DNA from: Squalus acanthias
Lineage: Eukaryota
Direction: 5' to 3'
NCBI GenBank assembly: GCA_030390025.1
Contig: CM059432.1
Span: 128,838,001-128,902,000, forward strand
Length of the DNA: 64,000 nt
The position numbers were made by a program, and so were the translations under genes. The notes under the pieces were generated by a model, which worked only from the letters and a program-made list of their open reading frames with translations, did not search any database and had not been told where the DNA came from. Of this stretch, positions 1 to 11,858 are shown piece by piece. The stretch's first letter is position 1. Every line of letters begins with the position of its first letter.

Positions 1-1165
1 TTTGGGCCTAACATAAGGAATTTAAGACCAAAAACCAAGTTTTGGCATTTTAAAAACATGTCTGGGCCTGTAAAGGGAGAAAAGGCTGTGAAGGAAGTTG
101 GGTTCGACCTCTGTAAAAGCAGTTTTGGGTATTGCAGTCAATTGCAATGTCTGGGGAATCGGGATGACCTCACTCAAAGTCCCAGCAAGCATTAACATTT
201 TGACAATAGACCCTGGGAGAAGACAGTCCCACCCAAAACAACAGGTCCCATCAAACCGATTACAGGGCCCATCAGGAGACATGCATAAAACAAATATTCT
301 ATAGAAGTCCTAGGCCCAGTTAAGAAACCCAAAACATGAGGACAATTCAAACTCCAATTAAACAACAGATCGACAGGATGGAGCTATCCTGAAACCACTT
401 CACACATTTACAAAACCAGTTAACACGCTAGTAAAGTCGTTACTGTTAACGAGGTCTTACAATGACCGGGATTTGATTTGGGGTAGATAAGGCCACTTTA
501 ATTTAGTATAATTGAAGGCCCATCAAGCAGTTCAGCAGTTACAACAGTTACAAGTTCGAGTTCTCCAGTAACAACAGTTCAAGTTCAACAAGCAGGCAGA
601 AGGCAGTTTCCACAGTTCTGCAAGAAGGCAGTTCCACAGCTCGGAAGAAGACAGTTTAAACAGAGGCAGAGTTCAACAGAAAAGCAGTTCAACAAAGAAG
701 GCCAACAGCTCCAGAAGCAGGCCGACACGCAAGAAGAAACCAGAGTGACCGCCTCAGTGACCATCGGACACCTCGCGGCAACAAGGGCCTTACGAAACTT
801 TTTACTCAAAAGACTCTAAACCCTAACTCTCAACTGTCAAGGATTCGTTTGGTGAACATTATCCCTGGTTCTCCAGAGTCCAACCTAGCTAGTGAAGTGG
901 GATTGGGAGGGGTGAAGTATTCTTCTAATGTTATTTCCCTCGCTTGTACCGAAGTGTTCCTCACCTTTAGAGTGTTAAGATTGTTTGTGTTGTGTTTTAT
1001 TTTCTTGAATAAAAATCAAAGTTCTTGCATCAAAACCCAGTTGTCTGCTGCACCTTTGTATCACAACCCCCAAATAAGTCCAGGGTCTAGAACCAAGGGA
1101 GTGGGAGCGATTCGAACCGCTCAGAAGTCAGAGGTGAAGCTGACACAAAAACACCACCCCCTACA
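1..1165 (+). mobile_element. LTR (3' part, truncated by window edge) of an ERV/LTR retrotransposon
   Basis: Ends ...CCCCCTACA, followed directly by L2 sequence. TATA-like TATAAT at ~506 and AATAAA at ~1008. Its U5-like motif AAGTCCAGGGTCTAGAACC...TCGAACC resembles the end of the solo LTR at 25354-26762. Confidence 0.65.
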
Positions 1166-1751
1166 GTTATCAAACAAAATTTGACACCAAGCCACATAAG
1201 GAGATATTAAGACAATTGACCAAAAGCTTTGTGAAAGAGCTAGGTTTTCAGGAGCCACTTAAAGGAGGAGAGAGAGGCAGAGAGATCAAAAGGTTTAGGG
1301 AGGGAATTCCAGAGCTTAGGGTCTTGGTAGCTGAAGCCATGGCCGGCAATGGTGGAGCGATGAAAATCAAGGATGCTCAAGAAGCCAGGATTAGAGCAGC
1401 GCAGAAATCTGAGGATTGTAGGGCTGGAGAAGATTACAGAGATAGGGAGGGGCGAGGCCATGGAGGGATTTGAAAACAATGATGAGAATTTTAAAATTGA
1501 GGTGTTGCCGGACCAAGCCAATGTAGGTCAGTGAGCACAGGGATGATTGGTGAATGGGACTTGGTGTGTTAGGATACGGGCAGCAGAGTTTGGATAAGCT
1601 CAAGTTTACAGAGGGTGCCAGCCAGGAGAGCATTGGAATCGTCGAGTCTAGAGGTAACAAAGGCATGGATGAGGGTTTCAGCAACAGATGAGCTAAGGCA
1701 GGGGCAGAGATGGGCGATATTGCGGAGGTGGAAGCAGGCGGTCTTAATGAT

Positions 1752-1965
1752 CATGATGTGGAGATGACGGTGTTGGACTGAGGTGGACAAATGTGAGAAG
1801 TCGCACAACACCAGGTTATAGTCCAACAGCTTTATTTGAAATCACAAGCTTTCGGAGCGCTGCTCCTTCGTCAGGTGAAGTACACTTCAGAGTAGCGCTC
1901 CGAAAGCTTGTGATTTCAAATAAAGCTGTTGGACTATAACCTGGTGTTGTGCGACTTCTCACATT
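1752..1965 (-). mobile_element. Penelope-like pseudo-LTR fragment with inverted (fold-back) copy
   Basis: TSD GGTCTTAATGAT at 1740-1751 and 1966-1977. Inverted arms at ~1790-1882 and ~1885-1965. Contains a hammerhead motif. Confidence 0.8.
1842..1878 (-). ncRNA. Minimal type I hammerhead ribozyme motif
   Basis: Minus strand reads TCAC-CTGACGA-A-GGAGC-AGC-GCTCC-GAAAG-CTT-GTGA: stem I TCAC:GTGA, core CUGANGA/GAAA, stem II GGAGC:GCTCC. Confidence 0.7.
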
Positions 1966-2676
1966 GGTCTTAATGATGGAGAGGGTATGGGATCAGAAGC
2001 TCAGCTCAGGATCAAATAGGATGCCAAGGTTCGGGACAGACTGGTTCTGTCTCAGACAGTGGCCAGGGAAAGGGATGGAGTCGGTGGCTAGGGAACAGAT
2101 TTTTATTTAGCATAAATAAATAGGATTCCCAGAGCATTATCTCTGTCCCAAGGAATAGTTAACACAAGTGGATGCAGAGTTAGCCAACAAAATCAAGAAA
2201 CAAAGAACAGCAAAGGTTACAAAAAGAAACTTGCAGTTTGACCCTTTAAATGACCTTATATTGAAAAGTGTAGCCCAGCACCCCGACCATCCAATTTCTT
2301 TGGGCGGAATTAAGAAGCTGCATAATTGAAGGATAAGGGCCAGAAAATAGCACTGATATCTAAATTATGCCACTTCTGCTGCATTATCATATTACAATGA
2401 ACTCCCTGGCTATTTCTATCAGGTGCTTCCTGTGTCATTCATTTTCATTGGTAGAAATTTGCATAACTGGTATTATTGGTCGAGATCCAATAATCTCCAT
2501 CTGCATTCCCACTCCACAACAACCTGATTGTAGTGTCCCATAAATGTGCACAGAGGCTAAAATTAGGGTCAATGCCCACCTTTCTTTATGATGCGGAGAT
2601 GCCGGTGTTGGACTGGGGTGGACAAAAATGAGAAGTCGCACAACACCAGGTTATAGTCCAACAGTTTTATTTGAAA

Positions 2677-2713
2677 TTACGAGCTTTCGGAGCGCTGCTC
2701 CTTCGTCAGGTAA
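2677..2713 (-). ncRNA. Minimal hammerhead ribozyme motif (left arm)
   Basis: Minus strand reads TTAC-CTGACGA-A-GGAGC-AGC-GCTCC-GAAAG-CTC-GTAA. Confidence 0.7.
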
Positions 2714-2915
2714 AGTGAGGGAATACAAATCAGTTACAAGGCATATATAGACAGAGAACAATGTGTCTGCAGAGATACAATCCGTCAGGGAGGCATTACA
2801 TCAAAGCTGTACTCTGCTGTGTCTTTGATGTAATGCCTCCCTGACGGATTGTATCTCTGCAGACACATTGTTCTCTGTCTATATATGCCTTGTAACTGAT
2901 TTGTATTCCCTCACT

Positions 2916-2952
2916 TTACCTGACGAAGGAGCAGCGCTCCGAAAGCTCGTAA
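2916..2952 (+). ncRNA. Minimal hammerhead ribozyme motif (right arm)
   Basis: Plus strand reads TTAC-CTGACGA-A-GGAGC-AGC-GCTCC-GAAAG-CTC-GTAA. Confidence 0.7.
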
Positions 2953-3974
2953 TTTCAAATAAAACTATAACCTGGTGTTGTGCGACTTCTCATTTTTGTC
3001 CACCTTTCTTTAAACAGAGACACTAACATCTCCATTAAAATAGTGGACAAAACAGTTTCATACCAATGTATTAAGTGCTTGTACATTAATACTGCATAAT
3101 GTAACTTCTAGGCTGTAATTACATGTAAACCTATGAAAAAGGATGGAATATATTTACTCAAGCTCTCACCAATGTCAGATATCTACTTCAACTAAATTAC
3201 TTTATATTGCTACTAATGTAAGTTTCACATAATTTCTTTTATTGCAATGAATTTTAAATTTCTCTTTCTCTCCAGAGTCCAACTGTAAGTTAGCTCTATA
3301 AATCTAATTTACAGTTCCCACTTCCCCACGGCACCACCGCACCCCCCCAGTTTTGTGTTGACGTTAGAGTGCACATAATAAAAATGATAAATAATTGTTT
3401 TTTAAAAAAAGTTTTCTATTCTAAAGAGAGCTTAACAATATAGCTCCTTCCCCATACTCCCAGCGTATCTATACTATTATCATATGATATGAAAACTCAT
3501 CCCTCTAATCTTGACGTTAGTTTCATACGAGATCAGTACCAGTATGATAATAGAATCAGCCTTTGAAGCCATCCCAATATCGGCAGGCAACAAGAGAGTC
3601 CAGCATGGTAACCTGATCTAACCACAAGGGTAACCCCATATCACTGAATTTTGTAAGGCCAGAGGTCTCAAGCATTGTAGTGACCTTAGATTTGTACCTG
3701 AGTGAACCTACTGGAGTCACTGCTACAAGTGTAAATGTGGTACTCTGCAATAGAGCACTAATGGAGTACTAAAGGACAAATTAACATTAAAGCATGTCCA
3801 ATTCATTCAAGTTCTGAGAAGGCATACCAGCCATTAATTATATTTCAAAACTGTTGTCAAACTAGGATGAGATCAATCCAGTTTCTCAATCAAATAACTT
3901 TAGAAAGAGAGGAATTTTTAATAAATGTGAGCACTGAGAAAAGTACGTTTAAAGATAACAGCAAATGGAACATT

Positions 3975-4725
3975 AGCCCGGAATTTGCGGTGGGTAATAA
4001 TGGCGAACTAACAGCGTTCGCCGTTATTACCCCATTGAAACTGACCGCAACTTCAGGATGTAGCGCACACGCATCTAAACGTGGCAATCCTGAAGTTGTG
4101 GTCAGTCATTCACTGCTCCAACACAGGCTGCGCTGTGCCCCCCACCCCCGCCCCGTCCCTCACAGCCATAGCCGGCAATCAGTGTAATCTGTGAAATCAG
4201 TGAAACTGACGAAAACTTGGGCTTTTCCGCGGTAATATCACTGTTAAATACCCCATTAAATGTTAGGCCTTGTTGTATTAAGTGTAACTGGGGTTTTAAT
4301 AGCATATTGACTGCTAAACAAACGTTATGGCCCTGAAAAACTCATTTTTGTATTTGTGGAGTGTCAAATTTTGACATTATTATAAAAATTACAATTTTGA
4401 GGAAGCTTTAAACACTTAAAAAAATATTTTTTAAAAGCATGTGAGAGCCCCAATCTTTGATTTGCTCTCTGTCACATTTTTAAAAAGTCGGGATAAAAGC
4501 AGCTTCTCGTTGCCTGCTTCCCTGTCTGTGCCAATTCTGCAATGTGATTGGCTGCTTAGACAACCTGTTGACGTCCCAGCAGATCGCATTATATTGCGCT
4601 GAAATCACTTACGCATCGGAGAAGGCAAACTTCTCGCCACGGAGATTGCAATATTTCTCTGGGCGCCTTTCTTCAGGGCCAGTGGCGAGCGCCTTTGCTT
4701 CGCCGCTGACCGCAAATTGTGGGCC
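3975..4725. mobile_element. Harbinger-type MITE
   Basis: TIRs AGCCCGGAATTTGCGG / CCGCAAATTGTGGGCC, 3-bp TSD ATT, GC-rich ends and AT-rich centre. Confidence 0.75.
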
Positions 4726-7017
4726 ATTGTCTTTTTGTCAAAATAGAATAAAAGAAACCTTTATGAATTTGTGAGGACAACCGATATGCAAATTTTACTG
4801 CATCGCTTTGGTTCATTTCAGGAATATTTGGTCAAACAAGCTTGCCTTGTCATGTTCAGTATGAAAGTAGCCACCTGGCAAGGGAGACTATTTTTCACAG
4901 CTCCAGCAAATAATCCTGCCCATTAATCCCACCCTTTTAAAATGAGCAAAATTATTGGACAGTCAAACTGAGCTGCAGGGTCAGAACTGGCACAGAACTC
5001 TTCAAGCAAACTTTCATTTCCTCAAAAACAAGGCCATGCAATTGCTGTACATTGGACAAATGTGCACCATTCTGGAACCGGGGGTGATTTAACGCGCCTT
5101 TGCATTCTTATTTCTCCACAGTGAATTCCCAATTCTGACTGCACCATTAGGGCAAGCTTTAAGTAGAGGCAACTTATTTCTGTCCGGAGGATAGGAGGTG
5201 AACTTCAAAGATGTGACCCACCTTTTGTGTATCTCCAAGCAGCCAGTTAATAATGGGCGTGGCAAGATTAATCCATCTGCCCTGTCAGCAAGAAAATGGT
5301 CAGAAGGAATGTAAAAGAAGGCGAAGCATGGCAAAGGATTAAGAAAAGTTTTGCTTTCAAATGCAATTTACTCAAAAAGTGTAAGCCAATCCACCAAGTT
5401 TATTTGAAAATATATAAATCTGTAAAACTGCCAAAAGTGTCACTTTTCAAAAGTGATACTCAGCTTCAAGTACTTGGCTGGTAACTGAGTCAAATTGAAC
5501 ATACCTTATTGTAAGGAACAGACACCCACATTTACGTTATTACCTAAGCCTGGCACTACATCAATCATTTCAAAGCAAAAAGGAAAAAGGAGTACAAGTG
5601 CTATCAAATGTCTTGGCACAATCAAGTCAATTTATCTATCCTCTAGCTATTACAAAACCACTTCAAAGTCTCTGACAGTGATGACATTGAGCAACAGTGT
5701 AAAGAAATTCTGAGTGGACACCCACACACTTTTTCTCACACCCAGTCTGTACCTGCGCTATTGAATTGACAACGGGTTTCGAGTTTGTTCAATTTAGTTT
5801 TTGCCTGGAGCTGCCCACATGCATAGTTTCTACATTCTTTTACTCCTTTCAGACTTCTGTAAAACTTCTTCCATGTCGTTATACTGAAAGATCCAGCATT
5901 AATCAGGCAATGACATGCTCAAATTGTCAGACAAAATGAAGACATTTCACATTTAAACCAGAATAAGTATGGAAAGCTGGGCTTTTGAAAGTTACCCGTT
6001 ATTGAATTGGCCTTCCGCCCGCATGGCAAGGGTTTGACCCAAGGTAGTGCATAGAGTGACTTATTTGGCAGGTTTTGAACTGTTTCAGAGGAAAGGACCC
6101 ACACTTTGAATCATCCCCAATGACGATAGTGATTTCTGTTGGTGGAAAATAAATTTTATTGATGGAAAGTTAAGAAAACCAATCATACAATGATAGCAAT
6201 AATCAGAGCTAAATTCCACAATAATAGAACCAAATAAAGAAATGCTTTATGTGCAAGGGCTTTGAATCATTTAATTGCAGAACTCTAAGATATTTGCCTG
6301 GCGCAGACTGTTAAAGCTCCTCTTCCTCAGTTTTCATTTCACACATATCTTCTAAGCTGCAGACTCCTCTGAATTTCACGATGCAGAGATTTTTCACACC
6401 TGCACAGTAAGGTTGAACCAGACACGTCCATCTCAACCTCAGTATCCCCCAATATATACTGTACAGCTAACCTTGTGATTTTAATCCGCCTTGCTATAAT
6501 TACAGTAACTATGGCCGGAATTTTAATTCGTCTGTGCATGCGGGATTGGAGGCGGGTCAGGAGTGAAAGTGGAAATAAATTGGAGCAGGTTGGGAACCCG
6601 CCGTCATCCTGCCTCCACGTGCCTTTAACTCGGGCACATTTGCCAGCGCGGCAGTGACCCCAACGGCAGAGGCGGGCGACCTAATTTAGATCATTATCAG
6701 CTTGTTGTCAGAACCTTAACCATCTTTTTAACCCTACCTTTTCAATTTCACTGCATGACCACGGGAATCATGCAGCTGTCAAGCTGAGGCGGAAGCTCAG
6801 TGGCCATTGTTCGAGGTCATTATCGCAGAGCATGGACTGCCACATGACACTTGCTTACTTTCCGAAGGGAAATGCTGTTGCTTCAGCACAGATTTAGGTC
6901 TCTAGAGTTTGCCAGTCTTTTCTGAAAATTCGGAAACCACTGCCACCTCATTGCTACTAACTATCACACCATTGACAGATTGCTTCTCTAATCTCTACTT
7001 GACCTGACATCTATTAC

Positions 7018-8253
7018 ATCTATGCCATTTATACTGTCTCACCTTGGTCTTCAGAATCGGACCACGATGAGCCCCAATATCAGTAGCAGCAGGCACACCA
7101 GCAGCAGTAACAACAACACCACCAACCTTTTCCTCAATGACCTGATGCTCCACAGGACAGAGGGCATCAGCGCAGGGCTGCACCGCACCGGAGGCGATAC
7201 CCCCAACACTGGGTATACGGGCAGAGGCTGAGCTTCCTCAACATGACTGAGCAGCAGTGCCAAAGGAGGCTCAGGCTGTCGTGCCAGGTCATCGCAGACA
7301 TTTGCACATTGCTGGAGGAAGACCTGCAGCCCAGAGGAGCGGGTGGACATGCCTTACCAGTGACTGTCAAAGTCACCAGCGCCCTCAACTTCTTCACCTC
7401 AGGCTCCTTCCAGGGATCTGCAGCAGATATTTGCGGCATCTCACAGTCGGCCACCCACGGATGCATCACACAGGTCACCGATGCCCTGTTTGACAAGTCA
7501 GCCAATTACATCAACTTTACCACTGATGACGCCAGTGTTATTGAGCGGGTGCTGGGCTTTACCGCTCTGGCTAGCTTCCCATGGGTGCAGGGCGCCATCG
7601 ACTGCACACATGTGGCCATCAGGGCACCCCATCATAACCCAGGAGTGTTTGTGAACCGCAAGGGTTTCCACTCCCTCAATGTGCAGCTCGTCTGCAACCA
7701 TAGGAAGATCATCATGCATGTGTGCGCCAAATTCCCTGGCAGCTGTCATGATTCTTTCATCCTGCGCCAGTCCACCCTCCCTCAGCTCTTCGCACCTCCA
7801 AACAGACTTTCCAGCTGGCTGCTTGGAGACAAGGGCTATTCACTGAAGACGTGGCTCATGACACCCTTGAGAAGGCCAAGTACTGAGGCCGAGGAGTGTT
7901 ATAATAAAAGCCACATGTCCACCAGATGTGTTATACAGCAAACAATAGGCATGCTGAAAATGCACTTCAGATGCCTTGACAGGTCTGGAGGAGCCCTTCA
8001 GTACACATCAGCCATGGTCTCCAGAATCGTTGTTGCCTGCTGCACGCTGCACAACATCGCACTGCAGCGAGGATTAGTGCTGCATGAGGAGCAAGGCTCT
8101 GAGCGCACAGCCTCTTCAGAGGAGGAGGAGGAGGAGCATCAGCTGGAAGACAAGGAGGAGGAGAAGAGGAACCTGAGGTCCAGATGCCACCAGCACCCGA
8201 GCACATTGCTGCCGGGGGCCAGGGATGGCCTCATCATGGCCAGATTTACTTAA
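7018..8253 (+). pseudogene. Harbinger (HARBI1-family) DDE transposase; core ORF 7243-8253 is open
   Basis: Motifs [45 protein letters not shown] and an acidic tail. In-frame stops at 7084, 7108 and 7138 in the Gln-rich N-terminus. VIQQTIG at 7936 where element B has IIEQTIG, so the catalytic Glu is probably lost. Confidence 0.92.
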
Positions 8254-8553
8254 CTTCAGGCATTACACCCATATGGTTACCACATGCTGTGTCAGTTTCC
8301 CCCCACCCCCCCCCCACCCCCCCACAACAACACCATAAAGCATCCCTACAATGACCAAGCCATTCCTTTCACACTGACCCCCATTGCTGAAGGTAGCGTT
8401 ATATCTCACCATTCACTCCAACTGACGAAGCCACTTCCAAAGTAGCTGAGAAAATTGGGCATGTGTGGTGAAAATAAATAGTTTTATCTGTGACATAAGA
8501 GTAATGGAACCTTAACAGAAACAGTTCTTTAAACACCCATGAGTTTAGGCTCT

Positions 8554-10440
8554 TTAAACACCCTTGTGTGTCATCTTTCTCTTATGAGTGCTTCTACGAG
8601 GTGCAACCCCTGTGGTTTCAGCAGAGGTAGAGGCAGCCTGCTCACTTCCCTGCTGCGACTGCATAGACACTTTTGGCAGACGTCCTCTGGGTTTTGGAGC
8701 CTCTAATGGCCCCACCAAAGTCTGCTCCTCCTGCGACTGTGCAGGGGCAAACTCAGCCATCGCGATCCCAGGAGGCATCTGGGGCCCTGACTGAGGGGGA
8801 GGCAACGGGGGAGAAGTGTGAGCACTTTGAGAGGAGCCCCCACTTTCCATGTCCCCCTCTCACCATCATGCCTCTCATGGGCCACCCACACTTCCCTGCT
8901 AGCAAGGAGCTGGAGAGCACATTGCTGCACAGCAGTGAGGCCATGAGGACCCAAGTCTATGTTTACATCCCTACTAGATAGGAGGTCAATGAGCCTCTGC
9001 CATCTATTCTCCATAGATAGCATGTGCTCATGAGAATGGCACATTAGCTGCTCCATGCAGGTGGCCATCCTTTCCATGGAACAGCCTACAGTCGCCATCG
9101 CCTGCGACACGGTGGTGCTCATGTTGGAGATGGACTCCTCCATTCTCTGCACATGTGCAGACATTGCGCTCGCAAAACCTGTCAGAACCTCCTGCACTTC
9201 TTCCTGTATCTCCAGGATCGCCCTCTTTCTGGATGGCCCCCGAGGCTCAGCGTCTGCATGCAGCTGAGCAGAGCTGGGAGCGTCCTGTGTCCTCCGGCGA
9301 GGAGTCTCCACTGCTGTCGCTGTCTCCACCACCTCCTCTTGCTCACTTGTGAGTTGTGAGACACCAGGTGACAACACTACTCTATCTCGCGTGGGACTCA
9401 CCGAGGTGTGCGTACCTGCGCTGGTGCTGGGTGCGCTTCTGTCTGGTGATGGTGCACCCTCAGAGGCTGGAGGCTCCTCTGAGGAATCGTCTTCCTCTTC
9501 CTCCTGGACAGTGGGGGGTGGGGGGGGGGGGGACGCTCTTGATGGACCTGTGGGAGAATAAAGAGATTATTTAGAAATGTCATATCAAGAATGGGTAACT
9601 ATACCATTATGCACATGATGACCATTCACTGGCTGCTGACATCAGTCACCATATGAGTGACTGCTGTATGCCATATGGTTGTATGAGATGTAATTCTGTC
9701 ACCAGGTTGCTGAGATGTCCCCTCTCTCCGTCTCCCACCGCCAGCATCTCTCCAACTCCTGAGACTTCCATGGCAACCTCCTCTGCTGCAGTTAACATGG
9801 CCAATGATGGAGGGCCACCTCCAGGTCTCTCCTTCTCCTCTTATTGTGGGCTCTCTTCTCCTGCAAGGAGGGAAAGAAGAGAAGTTTAAGTGAGAGCGAT
9901 GGAATGAGTGTAAGGAATGGATGGCTTACATCTTTAGAGGGTGATTATGAGGGAGTGGGGTGCCAATGCCAAATGGCCTCCTTGTGTGGTGTTAGTTGGT
10001 ATGATAGCATTAGGATGAGGGTGAATGTGAGGGGTGGTTAGTCAGATGGGGATGTGATAATGCAGATAGAGAGAGAGGGATGGGTGGTGGTGCAAGGTAT
10101 GTTGGTGTGAGTAATGACGTGCAGGAGTAGGCTTGGGAAGGCAGAGTGATGGGGATGTGATGGCACAGCAAGATGAAGTTGAGTGTGGCTTTGTACTCAC
10201 CTTTCATGATCTAATGAGATCATTGAAGTGCTTCTGGCACTGCACCCAGGTCCTCCTCACAACATCCCTGCTGTTCACCTCCTCTGCTGTCTCCAGCCAG
10301 GCTCCTTTGGTCTTCTGCGGAGGTCTCTTGTGCCCATCAGAAGGGAACAGGACCTCCCTGCGTGCTCTCACTCTCTCCACAAGCATATAAAGGGAGTCAT
10401 CTGAGAACCTGGGTGCAGCCCTCTGCCTCTGTGCAGACAT
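8554..10440 (-). pseudogene. Harbinger Myb/SANT-like DNA-binding protein gene; exons ~10440-10201, 9860-9703, 9547-8554
   Basis: Exon 1 MSAQRQRAAPRFSDDSL...W.E.AEEVNS....RTW.QC.K.FNDL, donor AAG|GTGAGT. Exon 2 follows TTGCAG| and reads EKRAHN...GGGP. Exon 3 follows CCACAG|. A premature TGA and frameshifts are present. Confidence 0.85.
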
Positions 10441-11083
10441 GTGTGCAAGGCTGAGCGAAGACCCAAAAGCTAAAATGTACAGCCTGAACACTCCTAGATG
10501 AACCTTCAAATGCAATGTGGCCAAGGTTCCTTTAAATATCCCGACTGGAAATGAGTCATCGATGATGTCATCAGACCCGCACCATTTAATAGGGCCGGGT
10601 AATGCGCAGAGCTGCCATAATAGGCGCCATTAAGGGAAAGTCACTCTGAGGAATGAGATGAAAAGAACAACGTGGTCCCGACCCGCCACGCCGACCACCT
10701 GCACACGACCCGCCCAGGTAAAGAAAATTCTGGCCTATATCTTGCACCAGTTTTACAATCCATGATTTCAAACCTTGCCCTGAGTCACCCAAGAGCCATC
10801 CTTACAGATGGTTACCGTGCTCAGATGACCTAGGTAGAGATTAATAATGAAAATGACATTGGTTGATCAAGGAGGTCGAGCGGAAATGAGCAGTATAATA
10901 TTTTGAGCTGTGTCCTACTTTAACTCATTTTTTCTCAGGACATCAAAACTATGGAACCACTTACCGCTCTCAGTCGTTCCTTCCTCCTACAATCTACAGG
11001 CTTTTAAACCCAAGCTTGGTGTCATCCAATGACTTTCCCGAAGGACATAGTCCTCTCTTTTACACTTTTCAATCTTGGTGCTG

Positions 11084-11395
11084 ACCAACTCTCATAATCT
11101 GAGACAACCAACTCTCATAATCTGAGACAATCAACTCTCATAATCTGAGACAACCAACTCTGATAATCTGAGACAACCAACTCTCATAATCTGAGACAAC
11201 CAACTCTGATAATCTGAGACAACCAACTCTCATAATCTGAGACAACAAACTCTCATAATCTGAGACAACCAACTCTCATAATCTGAGACAACCAACTCTC
11301 ATAATCTGAGACAACCAACTCTCATAATCTGAGACAACCAACTCTCATAATCTGAGACAACAAACTCTCATAATCTGAGACAACCAACTCTCATA
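11084..11395. repeat. 23-bp minisatellite (CAACCAACTCTCATAATCTGAGA) x ~13.5
   Basis: Head-to-tail copies with few substitutions and no spacers. Confidence 0.95.
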
Positions 11396-11683
11396 TCTCT
11401 GTGATGATCTCCCTCCTAACAATTGGATCTTAAAATATACTAAAGTAACTCATCTTGGCTCATAAATCCTTCTACTTGGGATATCTAAGTCTTCTGAATT
11501 TCTCCCTCCCCATTCCTGTAATCATGCGTTTGTCAAAGAGGATGATGACCGGAGCTAGTCTCTGATTTGTAATATTTCACTTTCCTTCATATGAATCCCT
11601 CACGTGGTGATTGAGAAATCTTGTGAAGGTGAACTATACAAGCAGGTTCACTCTTAGATTGTTTCGCTTGTCCATTTAATATT

Positions 11684-11858
11684 AAGAAACATAGAAACAT
11701 AGAAAAATAGGAGCAGGAGTAGGCTATTCGGCCCTTCGAGTCTGCTCCGCCATTCAATATAATCATGGCTGATCCGCTATCTCAATACCATATTCCCGCT
11801 CTCTCCCCATACCCCTTGATGCCCTTTGTGTCTAGAAATCTATCTATCTCCTTCTTAA
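11684..11858 (-). mobile_element. CR1 LINE 3' end fragment
   Basis: (AGAAACAT)n tail plus AGGAGCAGGAGTAGGC.ATTCGGCCCTTCGAG, as at 53548 onward. Confidence 0.8.

Larger units (their letters stand above)
1166..2098 (-). mobile_element. L2-type LINE, 3' ORF2 fragment
   Basis: Minus-strand translations FHLRNIAHLCPCLSSSVAETLIHAFVTSRLD and FKILIIVFKSLHGLAPPYL match the L2 ORF2 C-terminus. Similar to 13078-13590. Interrupted by the insert at 1752-1965. Confidence 0.85.
2589..2999 (-). mobile_element. Penelope-like pseudo-LTR fold-back palindrome
   Basis: TSD CCACCTTTCTTTA at 2576-2588 and 3000-3012. Arms ~2617-2806 and 2823-3004 are near-perfect, with a 16-nt loop. Same family as 1752-1965. Confidence 0.85.
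6513..10735 (+). mobile_element. PIF/Harbinger DNA transposon A (near full length, two convergent genes)
   Basis: TIRs GGCCGGAATTTT / AAAATTCTGGCC and TSD TAT. Encodes a transposase (+) and a Myb/SANT-like gene (-). Confidence 0.93.

Noticed and set aside
3556..3750. 64-aa minus-strand ORF as an exon
   Set aside because: Short, unrecognised, and without supporting splice signals.
7243..8253. Host HARBI1 gene
   Set aside because: It lies within TIRs and a TSD, next to a Myb partner, with upstream stops. It is a transposon copy, so no gene symbol is given.
11084..11395. CRISPR-like array with a palindromic repeat
   Set aside because: No unique spacers, no cas genes, vertebrate context. It is a plain minisatellite.
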